Of a stretch of DNA of 64,000 bases, positions 54,904-64,000 are shown one piece after another. Position numbers and translations under genes: made by a program. The stretch comes from an uncultured Acidobacteriota bacterium. GTDB lineage: Bacteria; Acidobacteriota; UBA4820; DSQY01. The DNA is taken from assembly GCA_963724125.1 (NCBI GenBank), contig CAVRTJ010000009.1, forward strand, positions 19,524 through 83,523, given 5' to 3'. Each line of letters begins with the position of its first letter. The first letter of the stretch is position 1. The notes under the pieces were generated by a model. That model was not told the DNA's origin. It saw nothing but the letters and a program-made list of their open reading frames with translations, and made no database searches.

Positions 54904-56251
54904 ATGAAGCACATTCTACTGATCGACGATGAACCGGCCGTTCGATTCGGAATAGGCAAATATTTGGAGAGTGAAGGCTTTCTGGTTTCGGAGGCTGCCT
55001 GCCTGCGTGAAGCGCGGGAGATTCTGAACCGTCATGATTTCGGTGCTATTCTCTTGGACGTGCGGCTCCCGGACGGCGATGGGCTTGAATTCCTGAAGGA
55101 AATCAGAGCCGTTGACACAACCGTCCCCGTGATTCTGATCACGGGCCACGGCACGATAGCTATGGCCGTCGACGCCATGCGCCACGGCGCAGACCAGTTC
55201 CTTACAAAACCGATCGACCTGCGGGAATTGGAAATCTTCCTCACAAAGTCCATGCAGATCGGGTCTCTCCGGAAGGAGAACCGCGCGCTCAAGGAGAGGC
55301 CGTCCGTCATCCAGCCGTACCTAGGAGAGAGCGCCGCCATGAGGCGGATTTTTCCACTTCTTGAAGCTGCGTACCGGCACAAGACGCCCGTGCTGTTACA
55401 GGGTGAAACGGGGACCGGAAAGGGCCTGATCGCCCGCCTCATCCACGAACGGGGCACGGAGCAGACCGGTCCTTTCGTCGAACTGAACTGCGCGGGTCTC
55501 AAAGGTGAATTCCTTGAAAGCGAGCTGTTCGGACACGCCAAGGGCGCTTTCACCGGGGCCGTCCAGGCGAAGGAAGGCCTGCTGGAACGGGCGCACAAGG
55601 GGACGCTGTTTCTCGACGAGATAGGCGACATGGACGTCACCGTTCAGAGCAAGTTCCTCAAGGTCCTCGAGGAAAAACGATTTCGGCCCCTGGGCCGGGT
55701 GGACGAGAGAGTTTCGGACTTCCGTCTCATCAGCGCGACACACCAGGATCTCCAGAAATTCATCGAGGACAAGCAGTTCAGGCAGGATCTCTATTTCCGC
55801 ATCAACACCCTGATCATCGTGCTTCCGCCGCTCCGGGATCGACTGGAGGACCTGGAGAACGTACTTGTCCACATGTTCCAGTTCATCACCAGCGGGCGTG
55901 AAGCACCCGAGCTGAGTCCCGAGATCCTGGATCTGTTGCGCGCCTATCATTGGCCGGGCAATCTTCGGGAATTGCAGAACGTGCTGGAGCGGGCCTGGAT
56001 TCTCTCGGACGGCAAAGAACTGAAGCGGGAGCATTTCGCAGCGCTTCTGCCCGATGCGGTCCGAGAGGACATCGGATTCTTCCGCGGCCCCCATGATGGA
56101 CCTCACGACGGCGGAGCGGCAGCACATAATCCAGATCCTCCGCAGGACGAGCGGCAACGTGCCCGAAGCTGCCAAGATACTGGGCGTGTCGCGGGCCACC
56201 CTGTACCGAAAGATCTCTCAGCACGATATTGAGCTCGACAAGACCCGGTAG
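54904..56251 (+). CDS. Sigma54-dependent response regulator (frameshift at ~56070 before the Fis HTH)
   Basis: LIDDE, LDVRLPDGDG, GETGTGKG, GAFTGA, FRQDLYFRI, WPGNLREL, AAKILGVSRATLYRK. Confidence 0.92.
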
Positions 56252-56391
56252 AGTCTCATCACCCGGATGCAGGCGCTCGTTCCGTCCTGAATGTGAGACG
56301 ACTTGCACGTCGTGGTAAATGCTATAATCTCTAGAGTGTCTTATCTGGGTGAGGTTGATCCATGGCAGGCCGTTCGGGCATGGGACTTGCA
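56252..56391 (+). promoter_or_regulatory. sigma54 promoter with tandem candidate upstream activator sites
   Basis: GGGCATGGGACTTGCA at 56376-56391 (GG-N10-GC); CGTCCTGAATGTGAGACG at 56283-56300; AGTCTCA half-site at 56252. Confidence 0.7.
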
Positions 56392-56421
56392 TTTAGCTGA
56401 TCGGACTGTTAAGGAGGCACC

Positions 56422-56817
56422 ATGAGTTACAAGGTCTTGATAGTAGACGATGAAATGGCAACCGCCTTCGGCCTCAAGGCCCTGCTCGAGGGTCCGGACG
56501 TCGAAGTCCTCACCGCGGTCAACCCCGTCGCAGCCAAAAGAATTCTGCGTTCGGAGCAAATAAGCGTCATGCTGTCCGACATCAGGCTCTCCGGAACCCT
56601 GGACGCGGAAGGCCTGGATTTGCTCCAGTTCGCGAAGGAGAAGTGCCCGGACACGAAGGTCATCCTGATGACGGGATACGGCGATCCCGCGATCATGCAG
56701 AAGGCCTTCAACATGGGGGCTTCCTATTACTTCGAGAAGCCGGTCGAACTAAACGTCTTAAGTGCCGCCATTCACAACCTTGGCGTGCCCAATCAACTTT
56801 CGTCAGAAGAATCATGA
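56422..56817 (+). CDS. Single-domain response regulator
   Basis: LIVDDE, SDIRL, MTGY, EKP; AAGGAGG RBS. Confidence 0.9.
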   Translation: MSYKVLIVDDEMATAFGLKALLEGPDVEVLTAVNPVAAKRILRSEQISVMLSDIRLSGTLDAEGLDLLQFAKEKCPDTKVILMTGYGDPAIMQKAFNMGASYYFEKPVELNVLSAAIHNLGVPNQLSSEES

Positions 56818-57662
56818 CTCCAGATTCAGAGGTGCGGGACCTCCTGCTTCGGGGATTCGTCTCGACGGCCTTTCAGCCTATCATCCACCTGAATTCGGGT
56901 AAGGTAATGGGTTACGAATCCCTCATGAGGGGACCTGCCGACACGATCCTCTCGAATCCGGGATACGTCTTCGGCCCCACGAGCCAGGTGTCCACGAATC
57001 TCATCCGCGAACTCGACGTAGCCTGCGTCGCGGCGTCGTTCCGCTCCGGGCGTCTCCTCGTTCCTTTCGGACAGCTCTTCGTCAATATCCACATATCGAC
57101 GCTCATGCACATCAGGCAGTGGCAGGACCACTTCCGGAAGCTCCTCGACACCAGCGGCATCCCCCCGCAGGCCGTGGTGATCGAGATATCCGAACGATCC
57201 ACGACGCATCGGCCGAGGGTCCTGTCCCGCATACTCCGGCTCCTTAGGCGAGAGGGCTTTCGCTTCGCTCTCGACGACTTCGGACTGGCTTACTCGGGAC
57301 TGCAGCACCTCTACTGGTTGGAACCCGAATACGTCAAGCTGGACAGGGCGTTCATTCTCGGGATACAGCGGTCGGCCCGCAAACAGGCGCTCGTCGCCGG
57401 CGTGACGGCCATGTGCCAGAAGCTCGGCAGCCAGGTTATTGCGGAAGGCGTGGAGAATACGGAAGAACTGCTGACGCTAATGGCCCTGGACATCCCCATG
57501 GCCCAGGGATACCACTTCGGTAGGCCCCAGGCCGCCCTTTTCTGGACGTCGGAGCGCGCTACTGAACACGGTTCTCAAGCCGTGGTACAAGGCGAGCAGG
57601 TTGCTGAATCTCGAGGACACGCCACGGGACGAAGAGACACGCCCCGATCTATCGGCGGTTGA
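56814..57662 (+). CDS. Stand-alone EAL-domain c-di-GMP phosphodiesterase
   Basis: FQPI, YESLMR, FVN, EISE, DDFGLAYS, VKLD, AEGVE, QGY; ATGA overlap with the REC gene. Confidence 0.9.
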   Translation: MTPDSEVRDLLLRGFVSTAFQPIIHLNSGKVMGYESLMRGPADTILSNPGYVFGPTSQVSTNLIRELDVACVAASFRSGRLLVPFGQLFVNIHISTLMHIRQWQDHFRKLLDTSGIPPQAVVIEISERSTTHRPRVLSRILRLLRREGFRFALDDFGLAYSGLQHLYWLEPEYVKLDRAFILGIQRSARKQALVAGVTAMCQKLGSQVIAEGVENTEELLTLMALDIPMAQGYHFGRPQAALFWTSERATEHGSQAVVQGEQVAESRGHATGRRDTPRSIGG

Positions 57663-57786
57663 CACCAGCTCCGACCCCTCCTGAAGAACGCGGTCCAAGC
57701 GGAGGCTTCCTCGGTCCGGTCAACCCTCTCACCTCCACCCCGTTCGATCACGCATTGCAATCCGGCCGCAGGGAGTAGCTCGGACC

Positions 57787-59128
57787 TCATGCATTCAGCA
57801 GGTTCTTGGCCATCTCGACGACGCCCGCCTCCATGTCAGGTCCCAGGGAATTCTTCACGGCGAAGAGCTGGAAATACAGCAGTTCGTTGAGGTCCTTGAC
57901 GAGGACGGCTTCGCGGTCGCCGGGTAGCCGAGCGAGTCTTTCCAGCACGGCATCCTCGGCCAGGACGCCCTCGGACGTGAAGTCCAGGCCGGCCAGCACG
58001 GACCCCCCGGGTTCGAGTCCCTTGAAGAAGGCGCCGAGGATCACGTCGACCTTGCCGCCGACCTCTACGGAAAGGGCCTGGTAGATTGTGGAGAACACGC
58101 TGTTGTACCGTTCGAGCCTAGCCATCAAGGATCGGTGTTCGGCCTCGTCGAGAGTCGGCGCCGGAGAGGGCCCGGCTGCCCCACGGACTTCACTTCTGAC
58201 TGGTTTGAGGAGCCCCGCCGCGATCAGCGAGACGATGGCCTTCTTCCCCTCCATATCCCCGACCTTGGCCTTGGCGATGACCTCTTCCATCGCCCGGCCG
58301 TCCGCCACCTGGGCGAGGACCTGCTCTTCTTCGAAGGAGAGCCTCGTGGATGCCGTCACGTCTTCCGCAATTTCGAGAACCGTGCCGGAATCCGGAACGC
58401 GGTCCTTGAGCCTCGCCCACTCGTCGACCCTCCGGGTGGCCTCCATAACGTAATTTGTGGTCGTCATGGGCAAAGCCAGCCTGAACGGGGCCGCGACCGT
58501 ACCGTTCCTGAAGCTGAATCGCCCCGAATCGAAGGTGAACACGTGGAAGACAGCGCTTTCCACCAAGCGTATGCGCTGGTCGAGGAGTTCCTTGCCGGCT
58601 AATCCCGTTGCCTCGCTGAGAACGGTGAGCGCATCCGCGCCATCACTCAGCCTTCCGAGGTTCTGTACCAGATCCTGCTGAGTGATGAACTGCTTGGCGA
58701 GCAGATGCGCGGCCAGCCCTGAACGCGGATCGTCGGATGCGGCGTAGACCAGGTTACCGTTGTCGAAGAAAAATCCCCACCGCGTCTCTCCCTCCAGGAA
58801 CAGGACGCCCGTCTTTTTGCTGGCCGACAAGAAGAGGAACACGTCGCTGAGCGAAAGGACGGAAAGATCGCCTTCGAACTGGACCGAATCGGACTCGCTT
58901 CGGTCGAAATGGGCGTTTCAGGACGGTTCGCATAGATTCGCTCTCATGGAAGCTCTTGAGCAAGTCCGGTATGGAGCCGGATTCCATGTCGACGTACACG
59001 GGAGACAGGACTACGCACCCCGAGCGCACGTGGACCACCACCTCCCTGGCCTTGCCGAAGACCTCTTCCGCAAGGTCCTTGTGTAAGACGATGGAACCAT
59101 CCGGCTGGACGGGAATCGCTTTTCGCAC
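57787..59128 (-). CDS. DUF4388 domain protein with an AbrB-like N-terminal extension (frameshift at ~58910)
   Basis: FEGDLSVLSLSDVFLFL..KKTGVL, YVMEATRRVDEW, ADGRAMEEV; C-terminus similar to the 16156-17259 protein. Confidence 0.75.
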
Positions 59129-59257
59129 CGTGGCCTCCTTGGGTATGCTAAACGGCTGGAGGAACGGCTGTCAATTCGCCACACCGGCTGGAGACTCCGT
59201 CCAAGCTTGCCTGTGCACGCGACATCGTTTACGATGGCCCCATCAGACGAGGTGACC

Positions 59258-60470
59258 ATGCTGACCGATATACGCCTCAAGGACGAGAAGACCATCGTAG
59301 GCCTCATGTCGGGAACGTCGGCGGACGGCATCGACGCGGTGCTCGTGAGAATGCAGGGCACCGGCGTTGGCGCGACAATTACCGTAAGGGCGCAGGAAAC
59401 CCTCAAATATACGCGCTGCCGTACGAGCGAAAATTCTGCGGTGCCAGGGACCGTCCACGACGGCGCGGGACATCACCCTGCTCGATACTTACCTCGGCGA
59501 GCTGTTCGCCCACGCGGTGGTCCATGTTTGCCGGTCGGCAGGCGTCTCGACGGCAGAAGTCGATCTTGTCGGCTCCCATGGCCAGACCGTCTACCACCAT
59601 CCCCATCCGGAGAACATGCCCGGCTACGCTGTGACCGGAAGTCTCCAGGTCGGCAACGCCGCCGTTATCGCCGAAAGGACCGGCATAACCGTCATCTCCG
59701 ACTTTCGATCGAGAGACATGGCGGCGGGCGGGCAAGGCGCTCCGCTCGCGCCGATCCTCGACTACACCCTGTATCACCACGCGTCGAGGGGACGCATCAT
59801 CATCAACCTCGGCGGGATCGCCAACATGACGACTCTGCCCGCCGGTGCGGAACAGGATGGCGTCCACGCCCTCGATACGGGCCCCGGGAACTGCCTCATC
59901 GACATGGCCATGGAGAAGTTCACGGACGGCCGAATGCAGTATGACAAAGACGGCCTTTGGGCTTCCGCAGGGACAGTGGATGACGCCTTGCTCAAACGGC
60001 TTCTCGACCATCCATTCCTGACCGAGAAACCTCCTAAATCCTTGGACAAGGACACATTCGGTCCCGCTTTCCTGGGCGGCCTCCTGACTGAATTCTCCGA
60101 TAGACAGCCCAAGGACATAGTGGCGACGTTAACGGCCTTTACGGCCAAGAGCCTCACGGCGGCGATCATGGAGTTCGGCCTCCAGACGGCCCGGTATGAA
60201 GAGATCATTGTCTCCGGAGGCGGGATTCATAATCCCGCCATCATGGAAGGCCTCCGCGCCGGCTTCCCCAAGCTGATCCTGTCCACCACGGACGATTACG
60301 GACTGCCGGGCAAGGCCAAGGAAGCCGTGCTCATGGCCTTTCTGGCCAACGAGGCCGTCATGGGATCCCCGGGCAACATCCCCTCCGCGACCGGAGCGGG
60401 CCGCCCGGTCGTGCTCGGTTCCATTACGCCGGGGCAACGCGTTCTAGAGCTTCTTCGCAAGAAGAAATGA
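59258..60470 (+). CDS. anmK: Anhydro-N-acetylmuramic acid kinase (frameshift at ~59420)
   Basis: GLMSGTSADGID, GSHGQT, DFRSRDMAAGGQGAPL, NLGGIAN, DTGPGN, ATGA. Confidence 0.95.
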
Positions 60471-60580
60471 GTGTTGCACTGGAATTCGTCGGTCGTTCAC
60501 GGGGCGCCCGATCGTCAGCGCAAGGCATGGCGACATGGACGGGCCGTCGGCTCCAGGCAGTTCAAGCGACTCCGTCATGA

Positions 60581-62126
60581 TTGCCCACTTTGACGCGGAA
60601 TCCGCTACTTCTCCGGGACACATTCGTTACGCACTTGTGCCGTGCGGCCTGTATTGTCATTCTGGTCGTTCTGGTCTCCTGCGGACGCGCTCCGCGCAAG
60701 GCGGACCTCGTCGTCGGAGTGGAGCAGGAGCCGGCCAGCCTCGATCCGCGGCTCGGCTCCGACGTCGCCGCAGACCGCGTCTTCCGACTTCTTTACAGGG
60801 GACTGTTCAGGATAGGCCCAGACTTTGAACCCGTTCCCGATCTCGTACAGCACTGGAGGCGGTTGGACCCCGTCACGTACCGCTTCACGCTCAAGGCCGG
60901 CATTCGCTTCTGCGACGGCAGAAAGCTCACGGCGAGCGACGTCGCCTTCACTCTTGAGTCCATCCTCTCCGGTGATGTCCCATCCTACAGAAAGGGCGAC
61001 CTCGACCGGATCAAACGTATCCGGGTGGTCGACCCAACCACCCTGGAGATAACCCTCAGGGAACCTTATGCGGCTTTTCTGTCCAACTTCAACGTGGGCA
61101 TCGTTCCGGCGGGAACGAGGTGCGGCGCGTTTCCACCGGTCGGGTGCGGACCTTACGCATTGAGAAAGTGGATCCACGGCCAGTGGCTCGTCTTCGCCCG
61201 CAATGCTTACTACCGTCCCGGGCCGCGTTCGCCGGTCGATAGCCTTCAAAATCATCCCCGACCCCGTCGTCCGCGCCCTGGAGATGCGGCGCGGCAGCGT
61301 GGATCTCGTCGTCAACGACCTTCCCCCGGACAGCCTGAACTACTTCCGGGAAAAGGGATACCTGCTGATCAGAAGGCCTGGGGCCAACTACGCGTATGTC
61401 GGCCTCAACTGCGCGCGGCCGCCTCTCGACCGGAAGATCGTGCGGCAGGCCCTCGCCTGCGCCATCGACAGGCGGGCCATCCTTAAGAACGTCTTCAGGG
61501 GATTCGGCCGTCCGGCTACCGGCCTCCTGCCGCCTGGCCACTGGGCCTACAACGGAGACGTTCGAAACTTTACCTACGACCCCGACAAGGCACGGGCTCT
61601 CCTCGATTCCGCGGGCCTCGAGCCGGACACTCGGGGCGTGCGATTCCGCCTGACCTACAAGACCTCCAACAACAAGGTCTCGCGCCAGATTGCAACAGCC
61701 GTCGCCGAGTACCTGGACCAGGTAGGTGTTCGGACGACCATAAGCTGGCTCGAGTGGGGCACGTTCTACACCGACGTGAAGAGCGGCAACTTCGACGCCT
61801 ACGCTCTAAACTGGGTGGGCATAACGGATCCAGACGGGTTCAGGTTGCGGTTTGCGAGTTCCTGTTTTCCGCCCGAGGGATTCAATCGGGGGCATTACTC
61901 CAATCCGGAGGTGGACGCGCTCGTGGAGGAAGGCGCACGGGAGCAGGACATGGCGCGCAGACGTGCCATTTACGGCAAGGTGCAGGCCCTGCTGGCCGAT
62001 AACGTCCCCTACATCAGCCTCTGGTACCCGGACAACGTGTGCGTCGCCCAACGCGACGTGCACGGCATCGTCCTTCCTCCCGACGGCGACTTCTCTTTCC
62101 TCGTCGACGTGTATCGGGGGAAGTGA
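60581..62126 (+). CDS. ABC peptide/nickel transporter substrate-binding lipoprotein, family 5 (start uncertain; frameshift at ~61230)
   Basis: Lipobox VLVSC, ASLDPR, RFCDGRKLTASDVAFT, VRQALACAIDR, YSNPEVD. Confidence 0.9.
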
Positions 62127-62240
62127 TCCAGTGATCAAGTGACCGAGATGTGGGCGGGCCTTCGAAGGGACCGGGAGTAGGTGAGTTTGGGAGTAGGTGA
62201 GTCCGGCGCAGGCTTGCCTTCGAAGATTCGACCGCCGACG
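62121..62240. repeat. Composite intergenic repeat element 4, left part
   Basis: AGTGATC octamers 62121-62147, core 62159-62168, GGGAGTAGGTGAGT x2 at 62173-62202, core 62217-62226. Confidence 0.85.
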
Positions 62241-62275
62241 GCCGACCACCCCGCACGCTTTAACGCGGTCATTGC

Positions 62276-62520
62276 TTAGGAAGTTCACCGCCGAGAAAGA
62301 ATGTTGCGTTTAGATGGCACAAGGGGTCATCAGCGGTGGCTTTCGATGCGAAGCATCGGAAGCTGCGTTCCGGCGCGAGGGGGCCAGCCCGCGCGAAGGA
62401 CAAGGCGGTCGCACCGCAGTCGTGCTTGTGTACGTCGAGGATGCGGCCGCCGCAGGCCGACAAAGCGGATGGTCCGCTCCCCTCGGCGCTTCCCCGGAAG
62501 GTGGGGGGAGTGCTTCCTAA
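62276..62520. mobile_element. Putative MITE/REP-like non-autonomous element (245 bp)
   Basis: Terminal inverted repeats TTAGGAAG / CTTCCTAA; internal imperfect palindrome; no credible ORF. Confidence 0.45.
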
Positions 62521-62541
62521 CCCGCAGACACATTGGCTCAA

Positions 62542-62673
62542 GGCCGAGGTGCGCCCAGCGCCGATCGGCCATGACCGGGGCAGGCGGGAAGCATCTCAGC
62601 GGCCTGCCCCCAGCGTGCTTCACGACCTGCCACGCCGTGGCCGATCGCAGGGTGCCGCAGGCACCCCTCGGCC
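62542..62673. ncRNA. Candidate structured RNA or palindromic element
   Basis: Four perfect 7-10 bp stems plus a possible pseudoknot; no known family recognised. Confidence 0.35.
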
Positions 62674-62802
62674 GTGCGCGGACATCTCCCACTTGTTTGT
62701 GCGACTTTAATCCCAACTGAAGAGAGGGGATCTCATGGGTATGGCGAGAACTGCATCAAAGGGCATCGGCGAAGCAATCGACAGATTTTCGGCACCCTCG
62801 GG

Positions 62803-62882
62803 CTTTTCCTATAGCCCTTCGGCCTTAGCCCTTGGAAAAAGTCACTACCTCACTTCTTCCCCTTCTTTCAAATCCCAAATCG
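62803..62882. repeat. Composite intergenic repeat element 4, right arms
   Basis: Inverted AGCCCTT heptamers, TCACTAC/TCACTTC units and CAAATCCCAAATC. Confidence 0.7.
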
Positions 62883-62892
62883 TGAAAAGGCC

Positions 62893-64000
62893 TCAGCCCT
62901 TCCGGCCGGGCTTTCTGCGCGCGGACCGGCCGTCCTGGTCGGGCAATTCGATGCCCAGGCGCCGGATCTTCCGGTGGAGCGTTGTGACGTGGATCCCGAG
63001 CTGGCGGGCCGCCGCGGAGCGGTTCCACTTGTTCGCCGCCAGAACCTCCAGCAGGTACTCCGCCTCCACTCCCTTAAGCCCCTCGGACGGAGGCGCCGCG
63101 CCCTCGCGGTGCTTCGACGCGAACCACTGGGGCAGGTCCCCTTTTTCGATGGCCGGGCCGGCGGCCATGACGTAGGCGTGTTCGAGGATGTTCTCCAGCT
63201 CCCGCACGTTGCCGGGATAGTCGTAGGCCATCAGCTCCGCCAGCACGTCCTGGGAGATGGAGTCCACGAGCTTTCCGCGCGCCATGGACAGGTTTCTAAG
63301 GAACGAGTCGGCCAGAAGCGGGATGTCCGACTTGCGCTCGCGGAGGGGCGGCATGACGAGGGGTATGACGTTGATCCGGTAGTACAGGTCCTCTCGGAAC
63401 AGCCCCCTGCTCATCATATCCTTGAGGTCGCGGTTCGTGGCCGTGATGATGCGCACGTCGGCCTCGATGCTCTCGGTCGCCCCCAAAGGTTCGTACCGCT
63501 TCTGCTGGAGAAGGCGGAGGATCTTGACCTGGACGGGCAGGGGGAGGTCACCGATCTCGTCGAAGAAGAGCGTTCCCCCCTCCGCGGCCTTCACCCACCC
63601 GGGCTTGTCGCGCTTCGCGTCGGTGAAGGCGCCCGCCTTGTAGCCGAAGAGTTCGGATTCCAGCAACGGCTCCGGAAGGGCCCCGCAGTTCACGGTGATC
63701 ATGGGGCGGTCGCGGCGGTCGCTGGCGGCATAGATCGTGTGGGCGAGCAATCCCTTGCCCGTGCCGCTCTCTCCCGAGATGAGGACCGTGCTCTCGCTCT
63801 TGGCGATCATGGGTACCATGTCGAGCAGCCGCTTGACCCGGTTTTCCACGGTGACGATCTTCGCCCCGCCCATGTCGTACCCCACGTCGTCCAGGAGCCG
63901 CTTGACCAGTTGCAGGTCCCTGAGCGTCACAACGGCGCCGAGGACCTTGCCGCCGCGGTCGCGTATGAGCGAAGTGGAGACGGTCACGTGGAGCTTGCGG
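62893..64000 (-). CDS. PAS-containing sigma54-dependent transcriptional activator, 5'-truncated
   Basis: PAC end GAVVTLRD, GESGTGKG, GAFTDA, FREDLYYRI, YPGNVREL, AARQLGIHVTTLHRK. Confidence 0.92.
   Translation of the reverse strand, partial: RKLHVTVSTSLIRDRGGKVLGAVVTLRDLQLVKRLLDDVGYDMGGAKIVTVENRVKRLLDMVPMIAKSESTVLISGESGTGKGLLAHTIYAASDRRDRPMITVNCGALPEPLLESELFGYKAGAFTDAKRDKPGWVKAAEGGTLFFDEIGDLPLPVQVKILRLLQQKRYEPLGATESIEADVRIITATNRDLKDMMSRGLFREDLYYRINVIPLVMPPLRERKSDIPLLADSFLRNLSMARGKLVDSISQDVLAELMAYDYPGNVRELENILEHAYVMAAGPAIEKGDLPQWFASKHREGAAPPSEGLKGVEAEYLLEVLAANKWNRSAAARQLGIHVTTLHRKIRRLGIELPDQDGRSARRKPGRKG

Noticed and set aside
62269-62720. Short ORFs in the 62.3-62.7 kb gap as real genes or a transposase remnant
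   Set aside because: Arg/Pro/Gly-rich low-information translations in all frames, with no RBS and no DDE or HUH motif.
2734-62882. Intergenic repeats as a CRISPR or other guide-RNA array
   Set aside because: No regularly spaced 23-47 bp direct repeats with unique spacers, at most two cores per locus, and no cas or other effector gene in the window.

Overview
High-GC bacterial chromosomal window of about 50 genes. Gene content (Oar-type TonB-dependent receptor, SpoIVB/S55 peptidase plus beta-propeller pair, DUF4388 proteins, YtrA-type ABC operon) suggests Acidobacteriota (inference). It holds housekeeping genes (rplM-rpsI-rpsB-tsf-pyrH-frr-ispD-ispF, uvrC, xseA, sfsA, maf, plsY, anmK), many peptidases and peptide transporters, and several signalling modules. 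More than 20 genes, including the essential tsf, are split by single-base indels, most likely uncorrected long-read errors, so the supplied ORF track is fragmented. I found no rRNA, tRNA, CRISPR array, integrase or transposase. The best candidate for an undescribed system is a family of intergenic elements at four loci (about 2.7-3.0, 15.7-16.1, 21.05-21.18 and 62.1-62.9 kb). Seven copies of a palindromic CTTCGAAG core, usually with CG at a fixed 16 nt offset, sit between inward-facing 7-9 nt tandem-repeat arms that are mixed and matched between loci, as recombination sites would be. Other highlights: a self-contained sigma54 signalling island (two -24/-12 promoters sharing an 18-bp enhancer, a Cys-rich receiver protein, a six-PAS protein with no output domain, a stand-alone EAL protein), a ChpT-like pseudokinase, a MITE-like element next to a strongly structured ~130-nt RNA candidate, and a non-canonical radical SAM operon.
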